Of a stretch of 64,000 nucleotides of DNA, positions 53,282-63,542 are shown piece by piece. The stretch spans positions 36,025 to 100,024 of the forward strand of contig CANJLW010000001.1 in assembly GCA_947475245.1 (NCBI GenBank), given 5' to 3'. The stretch comes from Acetobacteraceae bacterium. GTDB lineage: Bacteria; Pseudomonadota; Alphaproteobacteria; Acetobacterales; Acetobacteraceae. The number at the start of each line of letters is the position of its first letter. Within the stretch, counting starts at the first letter, position 1. The notes below the pieces were generated by a model that searched no databases, was not told the origin of the DNA, and saw nothing but the letters and a program-made list of their open reading frames with translations. A program made the translations under genes and the position numbers.

Positions 53282-54241
53282 ATGATACTGCTGCGCCATG
53301 GCAGGATGATAAGACGTCGCGCGTTTCAGATCGTGCCGGTGATTATTCTCGCGACGTTCGTGGTCTTTGGTCTTCTGCAACTCGTACCGGGCGATATCGC
53401 GGTTACGCTGGCTGGGGAGAACGCGACGGACGCGCGGATCCAGCAGATCAGGCAATCCTATGGCCTGGATCGCCCTTTCCTGGTGCAGTACGGAACCTGG
53501 CTATGGAATGCCGTGCATCTCGATTTGTCCCGGTCGTATCTCTCGAATGAGCCGGTCCTGGGCCAGATTTTGCACCGATTTCCGACCTCTCTGCTGATCG
53601 TCGGCGGTGCACTGAGCCTTTCGTTGCTGATCGGCATTCCACTGGGCGTGCTGGCCGCGACGAAATCGGGGTCGAAGCTTGATACCGCGGTAACCAGCTT
53701 TGCCTCCCTGGGCGTGGCATTGCCGAATTTCTGGCTGGCAATGATCCTGGTGGCCACGTTCGCCCTGTCATGGAACTGGTTCCCCGCCACGGGATCGGTG
53801 GCACTGGCGAAAGACCCTGCCAAGGCGCTGTTGCACGCGGCGCTTCCCGCCATCGCCCTCGCCGCAGGCGGTGTCGCCGAAGTTGCTCGGCAGTTGCGCA
53901 GTGCCTTGATCGAAATTCTGTCGTCGCAATACGTTCGGACACTGCATGCCAAAGGTCTGTCGCCGATGGCGATCCTTTGGAAGCATGGGCTGAAGAACGT
54001 CAGCGTGACGCTGCTGACGGTTATTGGGTTGCTGGTGAACCGGCTGTTGGGCGCGACGGTGGTGGTGGAGGCAGTTTTCGCAATCCCCGGCATGGGAAGC
54101 TTGATCGTCCATGCCGCGATCCATAAGGACTTCCCGGTCGTCCAAGGCGTCGTTCTATCCATGGTCGTGATTGTGATCAGTCTGAATCTGCTGATCGACC
54201 TGCTCTATACGTTGCTCGATCCCCGGGTGGGTTTGAAATGA
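53282..54241 (+). CDS. Peptide/nickel ABC transporter permease (DppB-like)
   Basis: YVRTLHAKGL, VVVEAVFAIPGMG, DFPVVQG, DLLYTLLDPRV. Confidence 0.92.
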   Translation: MILLRHGRMIRRRAFQIVPVIILATFVVFGLLQLVPGDIAVTLAGENATDARIQQIRQSYGLDRPFLVQYGTWLWNAVHLDLSRSYLSNEPVLGQILHRFPTSLLIVGGALSLSLLIGIPLGVLAATKSGSKLDTAVTSFASLGVALPNFWLAMILVATFALSWNWFPATGSVALAKDPAKALLHAALPAIALAAGGVAEVARQLRSALIEILSSQYVRTLHAKGLSPMAILWKHGLKNVSVTLLTVIGLLVNRLLGATVVVEAVFAIPGMGSLIVHAAIHKDFPVVQGVVLSMVVIVISLNLLIDLLYTLLDPRVGLK

Positions 54242-55074
54242 TCATCTCATTGATTCGCTGGGCGCGTTCCCACCCAAGCGCCGGGATAAGCTTGGTGTTT
54301 CTGATCGCGCTTTTTGCCCTTGCGCTGACCGCGCCGGTTGTCGCCCCGTTCGCGCCTACTACCCAAAACGTCAATAACACCCTGGCGGAGCCGTCATTGC
54401 AGCATCTGCTGGGCACCGATGACCTTGGACGGGACGTTTTCAGCCGCTTGATCCACGGTGCGCCGACCACGTTGTATGCCAGTTTTCTGGCGGTCTGCGT
54501 CGCCTGCGTGTTGGGGATCCCCGTCGGTCTGCTCGCCGGCTTTCTGGGCGGATGGGTCGACGATGCGATCAGCCGGGTGATCGATACATTATTGTCGTTT
54601 CCAGCCATCGTGCTCGCGATTGGTGTGACGGGCGCGCTGGGTATTGGCCTGACCAACGGCATGATTTCCGTGGGCATCGTGTTTTCGCCGCAGCTTGCTC
54701 GCCTGGTGCGGGCACAGACTTTGGTGGTGAAGCAAGAGCTGTACGTGGACGCAGCGCGCTGCTTCGGTGCGAGTTTGTGGCGGATTATTCTGCGCCACAT
54801 CATGCCGAACGCGATTCAGCCGGTGATTGTGCAGATCACGTTGCTGCTTGCCGTTGCACTGCTGGCGGAAGCGAGTTTGAGTTTTCTTGGTCTGGGTGTG
54901 CAACCGCCGCAGCCAAGCTGGGGCGCGATGTTGGCGCGCGCGTATAACTACATGGAGATCGCGCCGGAGCAGATGTACGCTCCGGGCTTGGCGATCATGT
55001 TTACGGCGCTTGCATTCAACACGCTTGGGGAAGCGTTGCGTGTTGCCCTGGACCCTACGGCGAAGCGGCGGTAG
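54238..55074 (+). CDS. Peptide/nickel ABC transporter permease (DppC-like)
   Basis: HLLGTDDLGRDVFSR, YVDAARCFGAS, EASLSFLGLG, PSWG. Confidence 0.92.
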   Translation: MIISLIRWARSHPSAGISLVFLIALFALALTAPVVAPFAPTTQNVNNTLAEPSLQHLLGTDDLGRDVFSRLIHGAPTTLYASFLAVCVACVLGIPVGLLAGFLGGWVDDAISRVIDTLLSFPAIVLAIGVTGALGIGLTNGMISVGIVFSPQLARLVRAQTLVVKQELYVDAARCFGASLWRIILRHIMPNAIQPVIVQITLLLAVALLAEASLSFLGLGVQPPQPSWGAMLARAYNYMEIAPEQMYAPGLAIMFTALAFNTLGEALRVALDPTAKRR

Positions 55075-55101
55075 GGGGCCTTGTCGCGAGCGTCCTTGGG
55101 A

Positions 55102-55560
55102 TCAGGCTTCGGGCGGTGCCATCGACTTGATAAGGTCGAAGAAGCGCTTGCGAATGGCGGGATCGGTGATTCGATAATAGGCGCGCACCAATTCCAACGT
55201 TTCACGGCGGTTCAAGGTGTCGTCGCTGAACCCGTCTTGCTGTTCCAGCGCGCCGACTGCCTTGCGGGAGCTTGCCATGCCAAACGAATTGGTAAGGCTG
55301 TCGGGCATGTCGTCGAAGAAGAAGCTGATGGGAACATCGAGGACGCGCGACAGGTCGAACAGGCGCGATGCGCCGACGCGGTTCACGCCCCGTTCGTATT
55401 TTTGAACTTGCTGGAAGGTCAGCCCGAGGGCTTCACCCAGCCGTTCCTGGGACATGCCGAGCAATGTACGGCGCAGGCGAATTCGTGTTCCGACATGGAC
55501 GTCGATTGGGCTTGGCCGCCCCTCTCGATCTGTTCCGCCGCCTTGCTCAGCTAACGCCAT
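55102..55560 (-). CDS. XRE-family HTH transcriptional regulator
   Basis: DVHVGTRIRLRRTLLGMSQERLGEALGLTFQQVQKYERGVNRV. Confidence 0.92.
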   Translation of the reverse strand: MALAEQGGGTDREGRPSPIDVHVGTRIRLRRTLLGMSQERLGEALGLTFQQVQKYERGVNRVGASRLFDLSRVLDVPISFFFDDMPDSLTNSFGMASSRKAVGALEQQDGFSDDTLNRRETLELVRAYYRITDPAIRKRFFDLIKSMAPPEA

Positions 55561-55843
55561 TCAAGCCCCCAAACCCGCAGTTTCGAGCACGGACAATCTT
55601 TTCGGGGATTTTGAAACCACCCACTCTACCATGCCGTGCCTTGCATCGTAGCGACCCTACCAACACAACCCAAAATTGTCAATTGTGTGTTAACGATCCA
55701 ACGGATGGTGTAAATTTCTCGCTCTGTGATATTTTATAAGTCAAATGTGCCTACGCTTGTAATTTATATATCGCGACGATGAAAGTGCAAGGCGCTTGCA
55801 TCAGGTGTTTCGCAATTCGATCATCCCCGCGAGTGAATTTTTT

Positions 55844-56743
55844 TCAAATTCCATCGATTGATCCGCCGGTCAGCAGCGCCTTGGCGGCCTCAACGACCGA
55901 CTCGGTTGTAATACTGTCCATCGCCGCATCCGGACCAACCAAGGCGCGCGCCTGGCGACCGGCAGGGCCGTATTCCCGTGCGTTCGTCGGTCCGAACAGG
56001 CCGAGCGTGGGGGTACCGGAAGCGGCGGCGAGGTGCATTAATCCGGAGTCGTTGCCGATAAACAGCGTGCCGCGCTTCAGGCAGGCGGCTGCCTCGGGCA
56101 AGGTCAGGCGGCCGACAAGATCGATAGCGCCGGGCAAGGCGGCCAGCAGAGGGGCCGCCATGGCACGTTCGGTCGGCCCCGGACCGGCAATAACGGCTGG
56201 AATACAATCGCCGATGACCTGCGCTTTCAGCATTTCAAACGCCGCGGCGAACCGATCGATTGGCCAAATTTTCGGTAGCCAGTTTGCGGTGGGGGCAAGG
56301 AACACGACACGCTGCCCGTCCGGCAGAATGCGCGCGGCGACCCGATCATCGGCCTCCGACGTCCAAGTGACGGGCAAGGGCGGCGGATCGAGTTTCAGGA
56401 TAGCGGCAAGTTGGGCGGTCTTATGACCTTCACCCCGTCGCATCGTCGCGCGACGGCGGGTCGGTACCAGCCAGGACAGTGCGGAGCCGCGGATATCCAC
56501 GACAAGGTCCCACCACGTCGTGACCGCGGTTGCCCATAGCGGCAGCCAGTGTCGTCCGAACGGGCGCTTTTCCAGGACGATGATGCGTTCAAGGTTCGGC
56601 ATCCGTCCGAAAATTCCTTCCGCGACTTTGCCGCAGACTACGGTGATTCGGGCGTCGGGATGGGTTCGGATCAGATGGTCGAGCAACCCGGTGGACAGGA
56701 TTGCATCGCCGAGGCGGTTGGAGGTCACGAACAGGATGCGCAT
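55844..56743 (-). CDS. Glycosyltransferase family 9 (heptosyltransferase-like)
   Basis: RLGDAILST, KIWPIDRFA, FIGNDSGLMHLAAA, LFGPT. Confidence 0.9.
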   Translation of the reverse strand: MRILFVTSNRLGDAILSTGLLDHLIRTHPDARITVVCGKVAEGIFGRMPNLERIIVLEKRPFGRHWLPLWATAVTTWWDLVVDIRGSALSWLVPTRRRATMRRGEGHKTAQLAAILKLDPPPLPVTWTSEADDRVAARILPDGQRVVFLAPTANWLPKIWPIDRFAAAFEMLKAQVIGDCIPAVIAGPGPTERAMAAPLLAALPGAIDLVGRLTLPEAAACLKRGTLFIGNDSGLMHLAAASGTPTLGLFGPTNAREYGPAGRQARALVGPDAAMDSITTESVVEAAKALLTGGSIDGI

Positions 56744-56801
56744 GACCGCCCCGATAGCAGTGTCGCCGGCCGTTTGCGACCGGCGACACAGGCGTATGGC
56801 G

Positions 56802-58034
56802 TTACCCGATCGCGCCTTCGGACTTCAGGCTCGCGACCGCGGCATCGTTGAGGCCCAACCAATCGCTGAGAACACGGTCGGTATGCTCGCCCAGCATGGG
56901 GGAGGACGTCAGGCGCGATGGTTTGCCGTCGACCCGGACCGGCCATGCCGGCATTTTGAACGGCCGATGCACGGGGTGAACCATGGTCTGCATGATTCCC
57001 CGCTGTTCGAATGTCACATCGCTGTTCAGTTCGTCGGTATCCAGCACGGCGCCGGCGGGGATGCCGGCCTCTCCGACGGCCTTCATGGCGTCGTGTTTGC
57101 TGCGCGTGCGGGTCCAGGCGGCGATGATTTCGTCGACCTCGGGTTCCAGCGCGACGCGATCGGCGGGGGTTGCATAACGCTTGTCGCCGACCAGATCCTC
57201 CCGCCCGATCAGTTTCAGCAGTCGATCCCAATGATCCGGGTTCGCTCGGCTGGTCATGATGTAAACGTAATCGTTCGGGCCGCCCGGTGCGCAGGGATAC
57301 AGGCCCATCGGCGCATTGTTGACGCCTGGTACCTTGGCACCGCCGCGCTGCGCGGCTTTGCCGGTCAGTCCCTGCGTAGCGAAGTTGATGCGCATATAGT
57401 GCATGATCGCATCCTGCATCGCGACCTGCAGCTGGTGTCCTTCGCCGGTTTCGCGGCGCTTGTAGAGCGCGCCCAGGATGGTGATCGCCATCAGCATGCC
57501 GGTGCCGGTATCGCCCAGGGAAATGCCGGGGCGGGTCGGGGGGCCGTTCGGGTCGCCGGTTACGCTGAACGTGCCGCCGCAGGCCTGTGCGATCATATCG
57601 AACGCAAGGTTCTTTTCGTACGGGCTGCCTTCGCCGAAGCCCTTGATCTGGGCATAGATGATGCCGGGATTGATGGCCTTGACGACGTCATAGCTCAGCC
57701 CGAGTCGCTCGATCGCGCCCGGGGCGAAGTTTTCGATGCAGACGTCGGCGGTGCGCAGCATATCCTTCACGAGATCCAATCCCTTTTGGGACTTCAGATT
57801 GACCGTGATGGACTTCTTGTTCGCGTTAAACACGTGGAAATAGTACGGGTCGTTGTCGGGTTGGCCGGGACGCAGGCGGCGTCCTGGGTCGCCCATTTTC
57901 GGGTTTTCGATCTTGACGACGTCCGCGCCGAGCCAGGCGAGGGCTTCGGTGCAGGATGGGCCGGCTTCGAATTGGGTGAAGTCGACGATTTTGACGCCTG
58001 ATAAGAATTTGAACTCGGCGGTGATGTCGTTCAT
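56802..58034 (-). CDS. Family III CoA-transferase (CaiB/BaiF; formyl-CoA transferase-like)
   Basis: Start MNDITAEF. LSGVKIVDFTQFEAGPSCT, LGADVVKIE, NANKKSITVNL, ENFAPG, PGISLGDTGTG (catalytic Asp region), PMLGEHT. Confidence 0.88.
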   Translation of the reverse strand: MNDITAEFKFLSGVKIVDFTQFEAGPSCTEALAWLGADVVKIENPKMGDPGRRLRPGQPDNDPYYFHVFNANKKSITVNLKSQKGLDLVKDMLRTADVCIENFAPGAIERLGLSYDVVKAINPGIIYAQIKGFGEGSPYEKNLAFDMIAQACGGTFSVTGDPNGPPTRPGISLGDTGTGMLMAITILGALYKRRETGEGHQLQVAMQDAIMHYMRINFATQGLTGKAAQRGGAKVPGVNNAPMGLYPCAPGGPNDYVYIMTSRANPDHWDRLLKLIGREDLVGDKRYATPADRVALEPEVDEIIAAWTRTRSKHDAMKAVGEAGIPAGAVLDTDELNSDVTFEQRGIMQTMVHPVHRPFKMPAWPVRVDGKPSRLTSSPMLGEHTDRVLSDWLGLNDAAVASLKSEGAIG

Positions 58035-58138
58035 GACGTGGTTTCCTCGCGGCTGTGCCTGACGAAACCCTGCCATATTGGCGCGTCGGGGCCAAATCGT
58101 GATAGCGTCGCTCGTTACATAAGATGGAGCGGCAGGCG

Positions 58139-58885
58139 ATGGACGACGCAACAGGCGCGGTGTGTGGACCGGACGGGTGCGACGATGTGTCGGCTACGAC
58201 CGCGTTGCCGACGGCGACCGGCGTTGGTACGCGGATTGATATAGTATCCGATGTCATTTGCCCCTGGTGCTATATCGGCAAGCGGCAGTTGGAACGCGCT
58301 TTGGCGATGCTGGCCGCGGAAGGGCTGCACTTCTCCATCCACTGGAACCCGTTCCAGCTTAATCCGGACATGCCGGCGGAAGGGCGCGACCGCGCCGCGT
58401 ATCGCGCGATGAAGTTCGGCAGCGCGGAAAAGGCGGTGGCGTTGGATCGCAGGATCGTGGAGGCGGCGGCGGGCGTCGACCTGGCCTTCCGGACCGATCT
58501 GATGACCCGGACACCAAACACCATCAAGGCCCATCGACTGATCTGGTTCGCCGGACAGAAGGGTGTGCAGGATGCCGCGATGGAACGCGTCTTCCAGGCC
58601 TATTTCACCCAGGGCGCGGACGTCGGCAACACCGACGTACTGGCCGATTGCGCGGCGGATGTCGGGCTGGACAGGGCGGAGGTCGTCGCCTTCCTGAACG
58701 GAACGCTCGCGGATAAAGAGATGCGCGCCGGGGATCAGGCAGCGCGGGAGGCCGGGGTTAACGGCGTGCCGTCGTTCTTTCTTGACGGCTACGGGTTGTT
58801 CTCCGGTGCCATGCCCGCCGAAAGCATCGCCGACGCGCTGCGGCGCGGACATCGGACTCTGACAGAGCGCACCGCCGCGGCCTGA
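58139..58885 (+). CDS. DsbA/FrnE-family oxidoreductase
   Basis: SDVICPWCYIG (CxxC), PFQLNP, GVNGVPSF; start chosen by GGAG RBS (alternative 58124). Confidence 0.88.
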   Translation: MDDATGAVCGPDGCDDVSATTALPTATGVGTRIDIVSDVICPWCYIGKRQLERALAMLAAEGLHFSIHWNPFQLNPDMPAEGRDRAAYRAMKFGSAEKAVALDRRIVEAAAGVDLAFRTDLMTRTPNTIKAHRLIWFAGQKGVQDAAMERVFQAYFTQGADVGNTDVLADCAADVGLDRAEVVAFLNGTLADKEMRAGDQAAREAGVNGVPSFFLDGYGLFSGAMPAESIADALRRGHRTLTERTAAA

Positions 58886-58890
58886 TCGCC

Positions 58891-60036
58891 TTGAGTCTGC
58901 GGGAAGTCTCCCGACTGGCCTATGTCGACTGTGTGCGCGGCTATGCCGTGCTGTTGGTTATCAGTTGTCATTTGGCCTACGAATACGTGAACCTGCCCTG
59001 GCCGGTACACCGGCTGGCGGTTCTGGGCTGGCACGGCGTTCAGCTTTTCTTCATGGCAAGCGCATTGACGCTGTTGCTGTCATGGCAGCGGGAGCGTGAA
59101 CGCACAGGGCGGATGAACGTCACCGCGTTCTTCGTGCGTCGCTTTTTCCGGATTGCCCCGGTCTATTACGCCGCCGCGGCCTTCTACTATTGGCTGACGC
59201 CACCCGCCGGCGGATTGGACGTTGTCCAGCTTCTCGCCTCTCTCGCCTTCGCAAATGGCTGGCATCCCGCGATCATGCCAACGACGTCCAGCGGCTGGTC
59301 CGTCGTGCCGGGTGGGTGGAGCATTGGCGTCGAATTTTCATTCTACGCCGTGTTTCCCGTCTTCGTTTTCTGGGTCACGTCGCTTCGCCGATGGTCGGGG
59401 CTTTTGGTAGCCTCGCTTGTTATCGCGGTTGTCGCGAACCTTGCCGCCCAATCCGTGTTGCTTACTCAATACAACGCCGTGACCGTGGACAATTTTCTGT
59501 ACTTCTGGCTGCCCAACCAATTCCCGGTTTTTGTTCTCGGGGCTGGGGTGTTTCTGGTGCTGGGGAAGGACGGTTTCGCGCGACTGACGCCGACGATTAA
59601 GGCGTGGTCCGTACCCCTGGCACTTCTGGCGGCCTTGCTGTTTTTTGCGACCGCCTACTCCGGCGGACCGCTCTGGCTTGGGCAGCCTTCTCCGATCCCT
59701 CCCAGATTCATCATTGCGTCCTTCGCGTTTGCGGTATTCCTGCTCGCGATGTCGGTGACGGAAAGCCGATGGCTGATCAACGGCGCCATCGCCGCGATGG
59801 GGCGGGTCAGCTTCAGCGCCTATCTCTGGCACTTCGCCGTGCTGCGGCTTTTGCCGGGAGCATTCGGAAACCTGTTTCACACCGAGGCGACGGATTACGG
59901 GGCTATCCTGGCATTCGTCTGCGCGTGGCCGGTCGTCGTTCTGGCGACCTTCGCGGTATCGTGGGTCACGTTTCAGGCGATCGAGCAGCCGGGGATTCGC
60001 CTGGGGCAAGGATTTTTGAAACGCCTGCGGGCGTAA
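58891..60036 (+). CDS. Acyltransferase family 3 (OafA/YrhL-like membrane O-acyltransferase)
   Basis: DCVRGYAVLLV, GVQLFF, FFVRRFFRIAP, WSIGVEFSFY, GRVSFSAYLWH, IEQP. Confidence 0.88.
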   Translation: MSLREVSRLAYVDCVRGYAVLLVISCHLAYEYVNLPWPVHRLAVLGWHGVQLFFMASALTLLLSWQRERERTGRMNVTAFFVRRFFRIAPVYYAAAAFYYWLTPPAGGLDVVQLLASLAFANGWHPAIMPTTSSGWSVVPGGWSIGVEFSFYAVFPVFVFWVTSLRRWSGLLVASLVIAVVANLAAQSVLLTQYNAVTVDNFLYFWLPNQFPVFVLGAGVFLVLGKDGFARLTPTIKAWSVPLALLAALLFFATAYSGGPLWLGQPSPIPPRFIIASFAFAVFLLAMSVTESRWLINGAIAAMGRVSFSAYLWHFAVLRLLPGAFGNLFHTEATDYGAILAFVCAWPVVVLATFAVSWVTFQAIEQPGIRLGQGFLKRLRA

Positions 60037-60183
60037 TTCTTCTCAATGCGCGGTCGATTGCAGCATGATGTTCGCCAATGCGGCGTCCGTCAGGCAGCAT
60101 CCGACCAAGCTTACATGCGGCGTTTACCGCGCAATCGCCTTCAGCGTAGTGTGCCGCGCAATGAATGGACAGGAGTGAACGTC

Positions 60184-61476
60184 ATGGCCTCAAAGCATCC
60201 CGAAACGCTGGCGCTGCATGCCGGATGGCGCCGCGACAGCGCCACCAATGCCGTTGCTGTCCCGATCTATCAGACGACCTCGTTCCAGTTTGACAGCAGC
60301 GAACACGCCGCGAATCTGTTTGGCCTCAAAGAACTCGGCAATATCTATACCCGAATCATGAACCCGACGCAGGACGCGTTCGAGCAGCGGATTGCCGCGC
60401 TTGAAGGCGGCGTCGCCGCGTTGGGTCTGGCCTCAGGGCAGGCCGCAACCGCGTTTTCGGTGCAAAACCTCGCGCGCGCGGGTGACAACATCGTCAGCTC
60501 GACCGACCTTTACGGCGGAACCTGGAACCTGTTCGCCAACACGCTGAAGGATCAGGGGATCGAGGTCCGCTTTGTCGACCCGGCGGACCCGGAAGCCTTT
60601 GCGCGCGCGACCGACAGCAAGACGCGCGCCTATTACGCCGAGACTCTGCCAAATCCGAAGCTGATACCGTTCCCGATCGCCGAGGTTGCCGCGATCGGCC
60701 GGAAATTGGGTATTCCGCTGATCATGGACAACACCGCGGCACCGCTGTTGGTGCGCCCGTTCGATCACGGCGCGGCAGTGGTGATGTATTCCAGCACGAA
60801 ATATATCGGCGGCCATGGAACGTCGATCGGCGGCGTCGTCATTGACGGCGGTAATTTCGATTGGGAGGCCTTCCCTGAACGGCAGCCTCTGCTGAACCAG
60901 CCCGACCCGTCCTATCACGGCGCGGTCTGGTCGCAGGCGGTCAAGCCGCTGGGGCCGATTGCCTATATCCTGAAGATGCGCGTGACGCTGTTGCGCGACC
61001 TCGGCGCGGCGATGGCGCCGTTCAACGCATTCATGTTCATCCAGGGCATCGAAACGCTGCCACTGCGGATGCGGGCGCATTGCGAGAACGCCGCCGCGGT
61101 CGCAACCTTCCTGGCGGGACGTAAGGACGTCAGCCGGGTCATTCATCCGTCGCACCACACGGGCGTCGGCGCGGAACGCACCGCGAAATACATGCCCAAG
61201 GGGCAGGGCGGTCTGGTTGGGTTCGAGCTTTCCGGCGGGACGGAGGCCGGGCGCAAGTTCATCGACGCGCTGAAAATGTTCTACCATGTCGCCAACATCG
61301 GCGATGCCCGCAGCCTGGCCATTCATCCCGCCAGCACCACGCATTCTCAGTTGACCGAGGCCGAACAGGCGGCGACGGGCGTCACACCGGGCTATGTCAG
61401 ACTGTCGATCGGTATCGAACATATCGACGATATTCTGGCCGATCTGTCGCAGGCGCTGGACGCCGCGACCGCCTGA
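60184..61476 (+). CDS. metY: O-acetylhomoserine aminocarboxypropyltransferase
   Basis: PIYQTTS, GNIYTRIMNPT, ASGQAA, DNT, SSTKYIGGHG (PLP lysine), ANIGDARSL, HPASTTH, RLSIGIE. Confidence 0.92.
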   Translation: MASKHPETLALHAGWRRDSATNAVAVPIYQTTSFQFDSSEHAANLFGLKELGNIYTRIMNPTQDAFEQRIAALEGGVAALGLASGQAATAFSVQNLARAGDNIVSSTDLYGGTWNLFANTLKDQGIEVRFVDPADPEAFARATDSKTRAYYAETLPNPKLIPFPIAEVAAIGRKLGIPLIMDNTAAPLLVRPFDHGAAVVMYSSTKYIGGHGTSIGGVVIDGGNFDWEAFPERQPLLNQPDPSYHGAVWSQAVKPLGPIAYILKMRVTLLRDLGAAMAPFNAFMFIQGIETLPLRMRAHCENAAAVATFLAGRKDVSRVIHPSHHTGVGAERTAKYMPKGQGGLVGFELSGGTEAGRKFIDALKMFYHVANIGDARSLAIHPASTTHSQLTEAEQAATGVTPGYVRLSIGIEHIDDILADLSQALDAATA

Positions 61477-61482
61477 TCGGAT

Positions 61483-61516
61483 GAGCATGGCCTCCTGATC
61501 GAGGCCATGCTCCTTT
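61483..61516 (+). terminator. Hairpin after metY, probable terminator
   Basis: Perfect 12-bp stem GAGCATGGCCTC-ctgatc-GAGGCCATGCTC followed by CTTT. Confidence 0.6.
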
Positions 61517-61529
61517 CCCCGTTCAAACG

Positions 61530-62420
61530 TTGACTTCCCGGTCCACCGCTCAACGCACCACGCTTGGCGCGTTGATGATGCTGTCCATGTTCGGCTTCGC
61601 CAGCATGGACGCGATGACGAAGTTCCTGGTGCGCGATCTGCCGGTCTTTCAGACCTTGTGGATCCGCTACATGATCTTCGCGGTGTTCGCGCTGCTGATC
61701 GCCCGCCCTCTGGGCATTCGTCGGACCATGCGCAGCAAGCGACCCTTCATGCAGGCCGCCCGCGGCGTGCTGGCATTGGTCGAAAGCTTTGTCTTCGTTC
61801 TGGCGTTTCACTATTTACCGCTGGCGGAAACGCACGCGGTCGGGGCGGCCTCTCCGCTGATCGTGATCGCGCTGTCGGTGCCGTTGTTGCGCGAAAAGGC
61901 CGGGCTGCATCGATGGTTGGCCGTGATCGTCGGGTTCGTCGGCGTGATGCTGATTATTCGGCCGGGGTTCGAGTCGATTTCCCTGCCTTTGCTCCTGCCG
62001 TTGCTAGGCGCCTTCCTGTGGGGACTCTATCAGATTCTTGTGCGGCTGGTTTCGCGCGGCGATCGGCCGGAGACGACATTGTTGTGGTCGGCGTTTTCCG
62101 GCCTGATCGTGGTTTCCTGCATCGCGCCGTTCCACTGGCAGGCACCGGATTCGCTTGCCTGGCTGCTTCTGATCGGCGTCGGTATTCTCGGCAGTCTGTC
62201 GCACTACGCGCTGATCAAGGCTCTGGACTTTGCCGAGGCTGGGGCAATGCAGCCGTTCAGCTACATGCTGCTGGTCTGGGCGACCGTCATGGGGGCAATC
62301 GTCTTCGGCGACATCCCCGCCGCCTGGACCATCCTGGGGGCATGCCTGATCGTTGCGAGTGGACTATACGCGTGGCGGCACGATGTGCGGACGGCGGCGG
62401 GGAAACAGGAAAATTCATGA
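61530..62420 (+). CDS. EamA/DMT family transporter
   Basis: Ten TM segments; LPLAETHAV, LLREK, PFSY. Confidence 0.88.
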   Translation: MTSRSTAQRTTLGALMMLSMFGFASMDAMTKFLVRDLPVFQTLWIRYMIFAVFALLIARPLGIRRTMRSKRPFMQAARGVLALVESFVFVLAFHYLPLAETHAVGAASPLIVIALSVPLLREKAGLHRWLAVIVGFVGVMLIIRPGFESISLPLLLPLLGAFLWGLYQILVRLVSRGDRPETTLLWSAFSGLIVVSCIAPFHWQAPDSLAWLLLIGVGILGSLSHYALIKALDFAEAGAMQPFSYMLLVWATVMGAIVFGDIPAAWTILGACLIVASGLYAWRHDVRTAAGKQENS

Positions 62421-62854
62421 TCGATCTGCGCATAGTGTTCGAACCGTTCCCGGACGACGATTTGGCCCGCTTCCTGGAAGACAACGTCATCGCGCATAGC
62501 TTCGCGCGTACCGGCGTCTCCGAGTGGCACCCCCTCGGGTTTTTCGTCCGCAATGCGCGGGGGGAATGGCTCGGCGGCTGTATGGGTTATATTTGGGGCG
62601 GGTGGCTGCAAATCCGCTGGCTATGGGTCACCGAGGCACTCCGTGGACAAGGCTACGGCCGACGGCTGATGGACGCGGCGGAAGAGATGGGTGTCGAACG
62701 CGGCGCGCGATCTTCGACTCTCGAGACGCATAACCCGGAGGCGTTGCAGTTCTATCAGGCACGCGGCTACGAAGTGTTCGCAGCGCTGGAGGACTACCCG
62801 CCAGGGCACAGCAAATTCTTTCTACGTAAGGCTTTGACCGCCGACGTTCGGTGA
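62417..62854 (+). CDS. GNAT family N-acetyltransferase
   Basis: Start MIDLRIV (ATGA overlap); LWVTEALRGQGYGRRLM, ALQFYQARGY. Confidence 0.88.
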   Translation: MIDLRIVFEPFPDDDLARFLEDNVIAHSFARTGVSEWHPLGFFVRNARGEWLGGCMGYIWGGWLQIRWLWVTEALRGQGYGRRLMDAAEEMGVERGARSSTLETHNPEALQFYQARGYEVFAALEDYPPGHSKFFLRKALTADVR

Positions 62855-62863
62855 GCGGGACGG

Positions 62864-63508
62864 CTACCGGGTTATACGCCGCAGCTCCGCGACCCGAGCC
62901 ATCAATGCGCGTCGCGCCTTCGCCGCGTCTGATCCAAGCGCCAAAAGTGCCGGCAACTGAAAGGGATGGCGCAGCACCGATCCGATGACTCGGCCAAGGC
63001 CGATCACGCCGGCTTGGTTGAGCGCGATCAGCGCCGCCGGCGGCAGATCACGTTCCGCCGGATCGCAGATCGCGCGCAGAACGGCGAACGGCACGCCGTG
63101 TTCTGTCGCGACCGAGGCGACAGAGCCGGATTCCAGATCGATGGCCACCGCGCCAGTCATTTCAAACAGCCGGCGCTTGTCGATAGCGGTCGCGGCAACC
63201 GCGTCTCCCGCGAACACCGCTTGTCCGTTCGCACCGCCAAGCAAACGGTTCAATACGTCGGAACCGCGGTAGCGATCCGTTGCCGTCAGAACGGTTTCCG
63301 CGACGATCAGGTCTCCGGGTCGCAATGCCGGGTCAAGCCCGCCGGCGAGGCCAAAGCTGATCAGAGCGGTCGCACCGTCGGCGATGGCTCGGCGCGCGGC
63401 GATCAGCGCGCCCTGGATGTCTCCGCCGCCCACGACCACCGGCCACCCCAGGCCGCGGGCGATGCGGGCTTCGGCTTGCAGTCCGACGACGACAGTTGGG
63501 CGGTTCAC
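62864..63508 (-). CDS. hpnG: HpnG-like hopanoid-associated nucleoside phosphorylase (PNP_UDP_1 family); start uncertain (63508 or 63535)
   Basis: VVVGLQAEARIA, LISFGLAGGLDPALRPGDL, GAVAIDLES, PFAVLRAICDPA, DLPPAA. Confidence 0.7.
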   Translation of the reverse strand: MNRPTVVVGLQAEARIARGLGWPVVVGGGDIQGALIAARRAIADGATALISFGLAGGLDPALRPGDLIVAETVLTATDRYRGSDVLNRLLGGANGQAVFAGDAVAATAIDKRRLFEMTGAVAIDLESGSVASVATEHGVPFAVLRAICDPAERDLPPAALIALNQAGVIGLGRVIGSVLRHPFQLPALLALGSDAAKARRALMARVAELRRITR

Positions 63509-63542
63509 CAAGCGCGGGAAGCCGGAAGGCACCACGCCGGGA

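Noticed and set aside
60037-60183. SAM riboswitch upstream of metY
   Set aside because: Expected by context, but I could not find the SAM-II/SAM-alpha core (GCTAAA-containing 3' end) or the SAM-SAH pattern. An Infernal/Rfam scan would be decisive.
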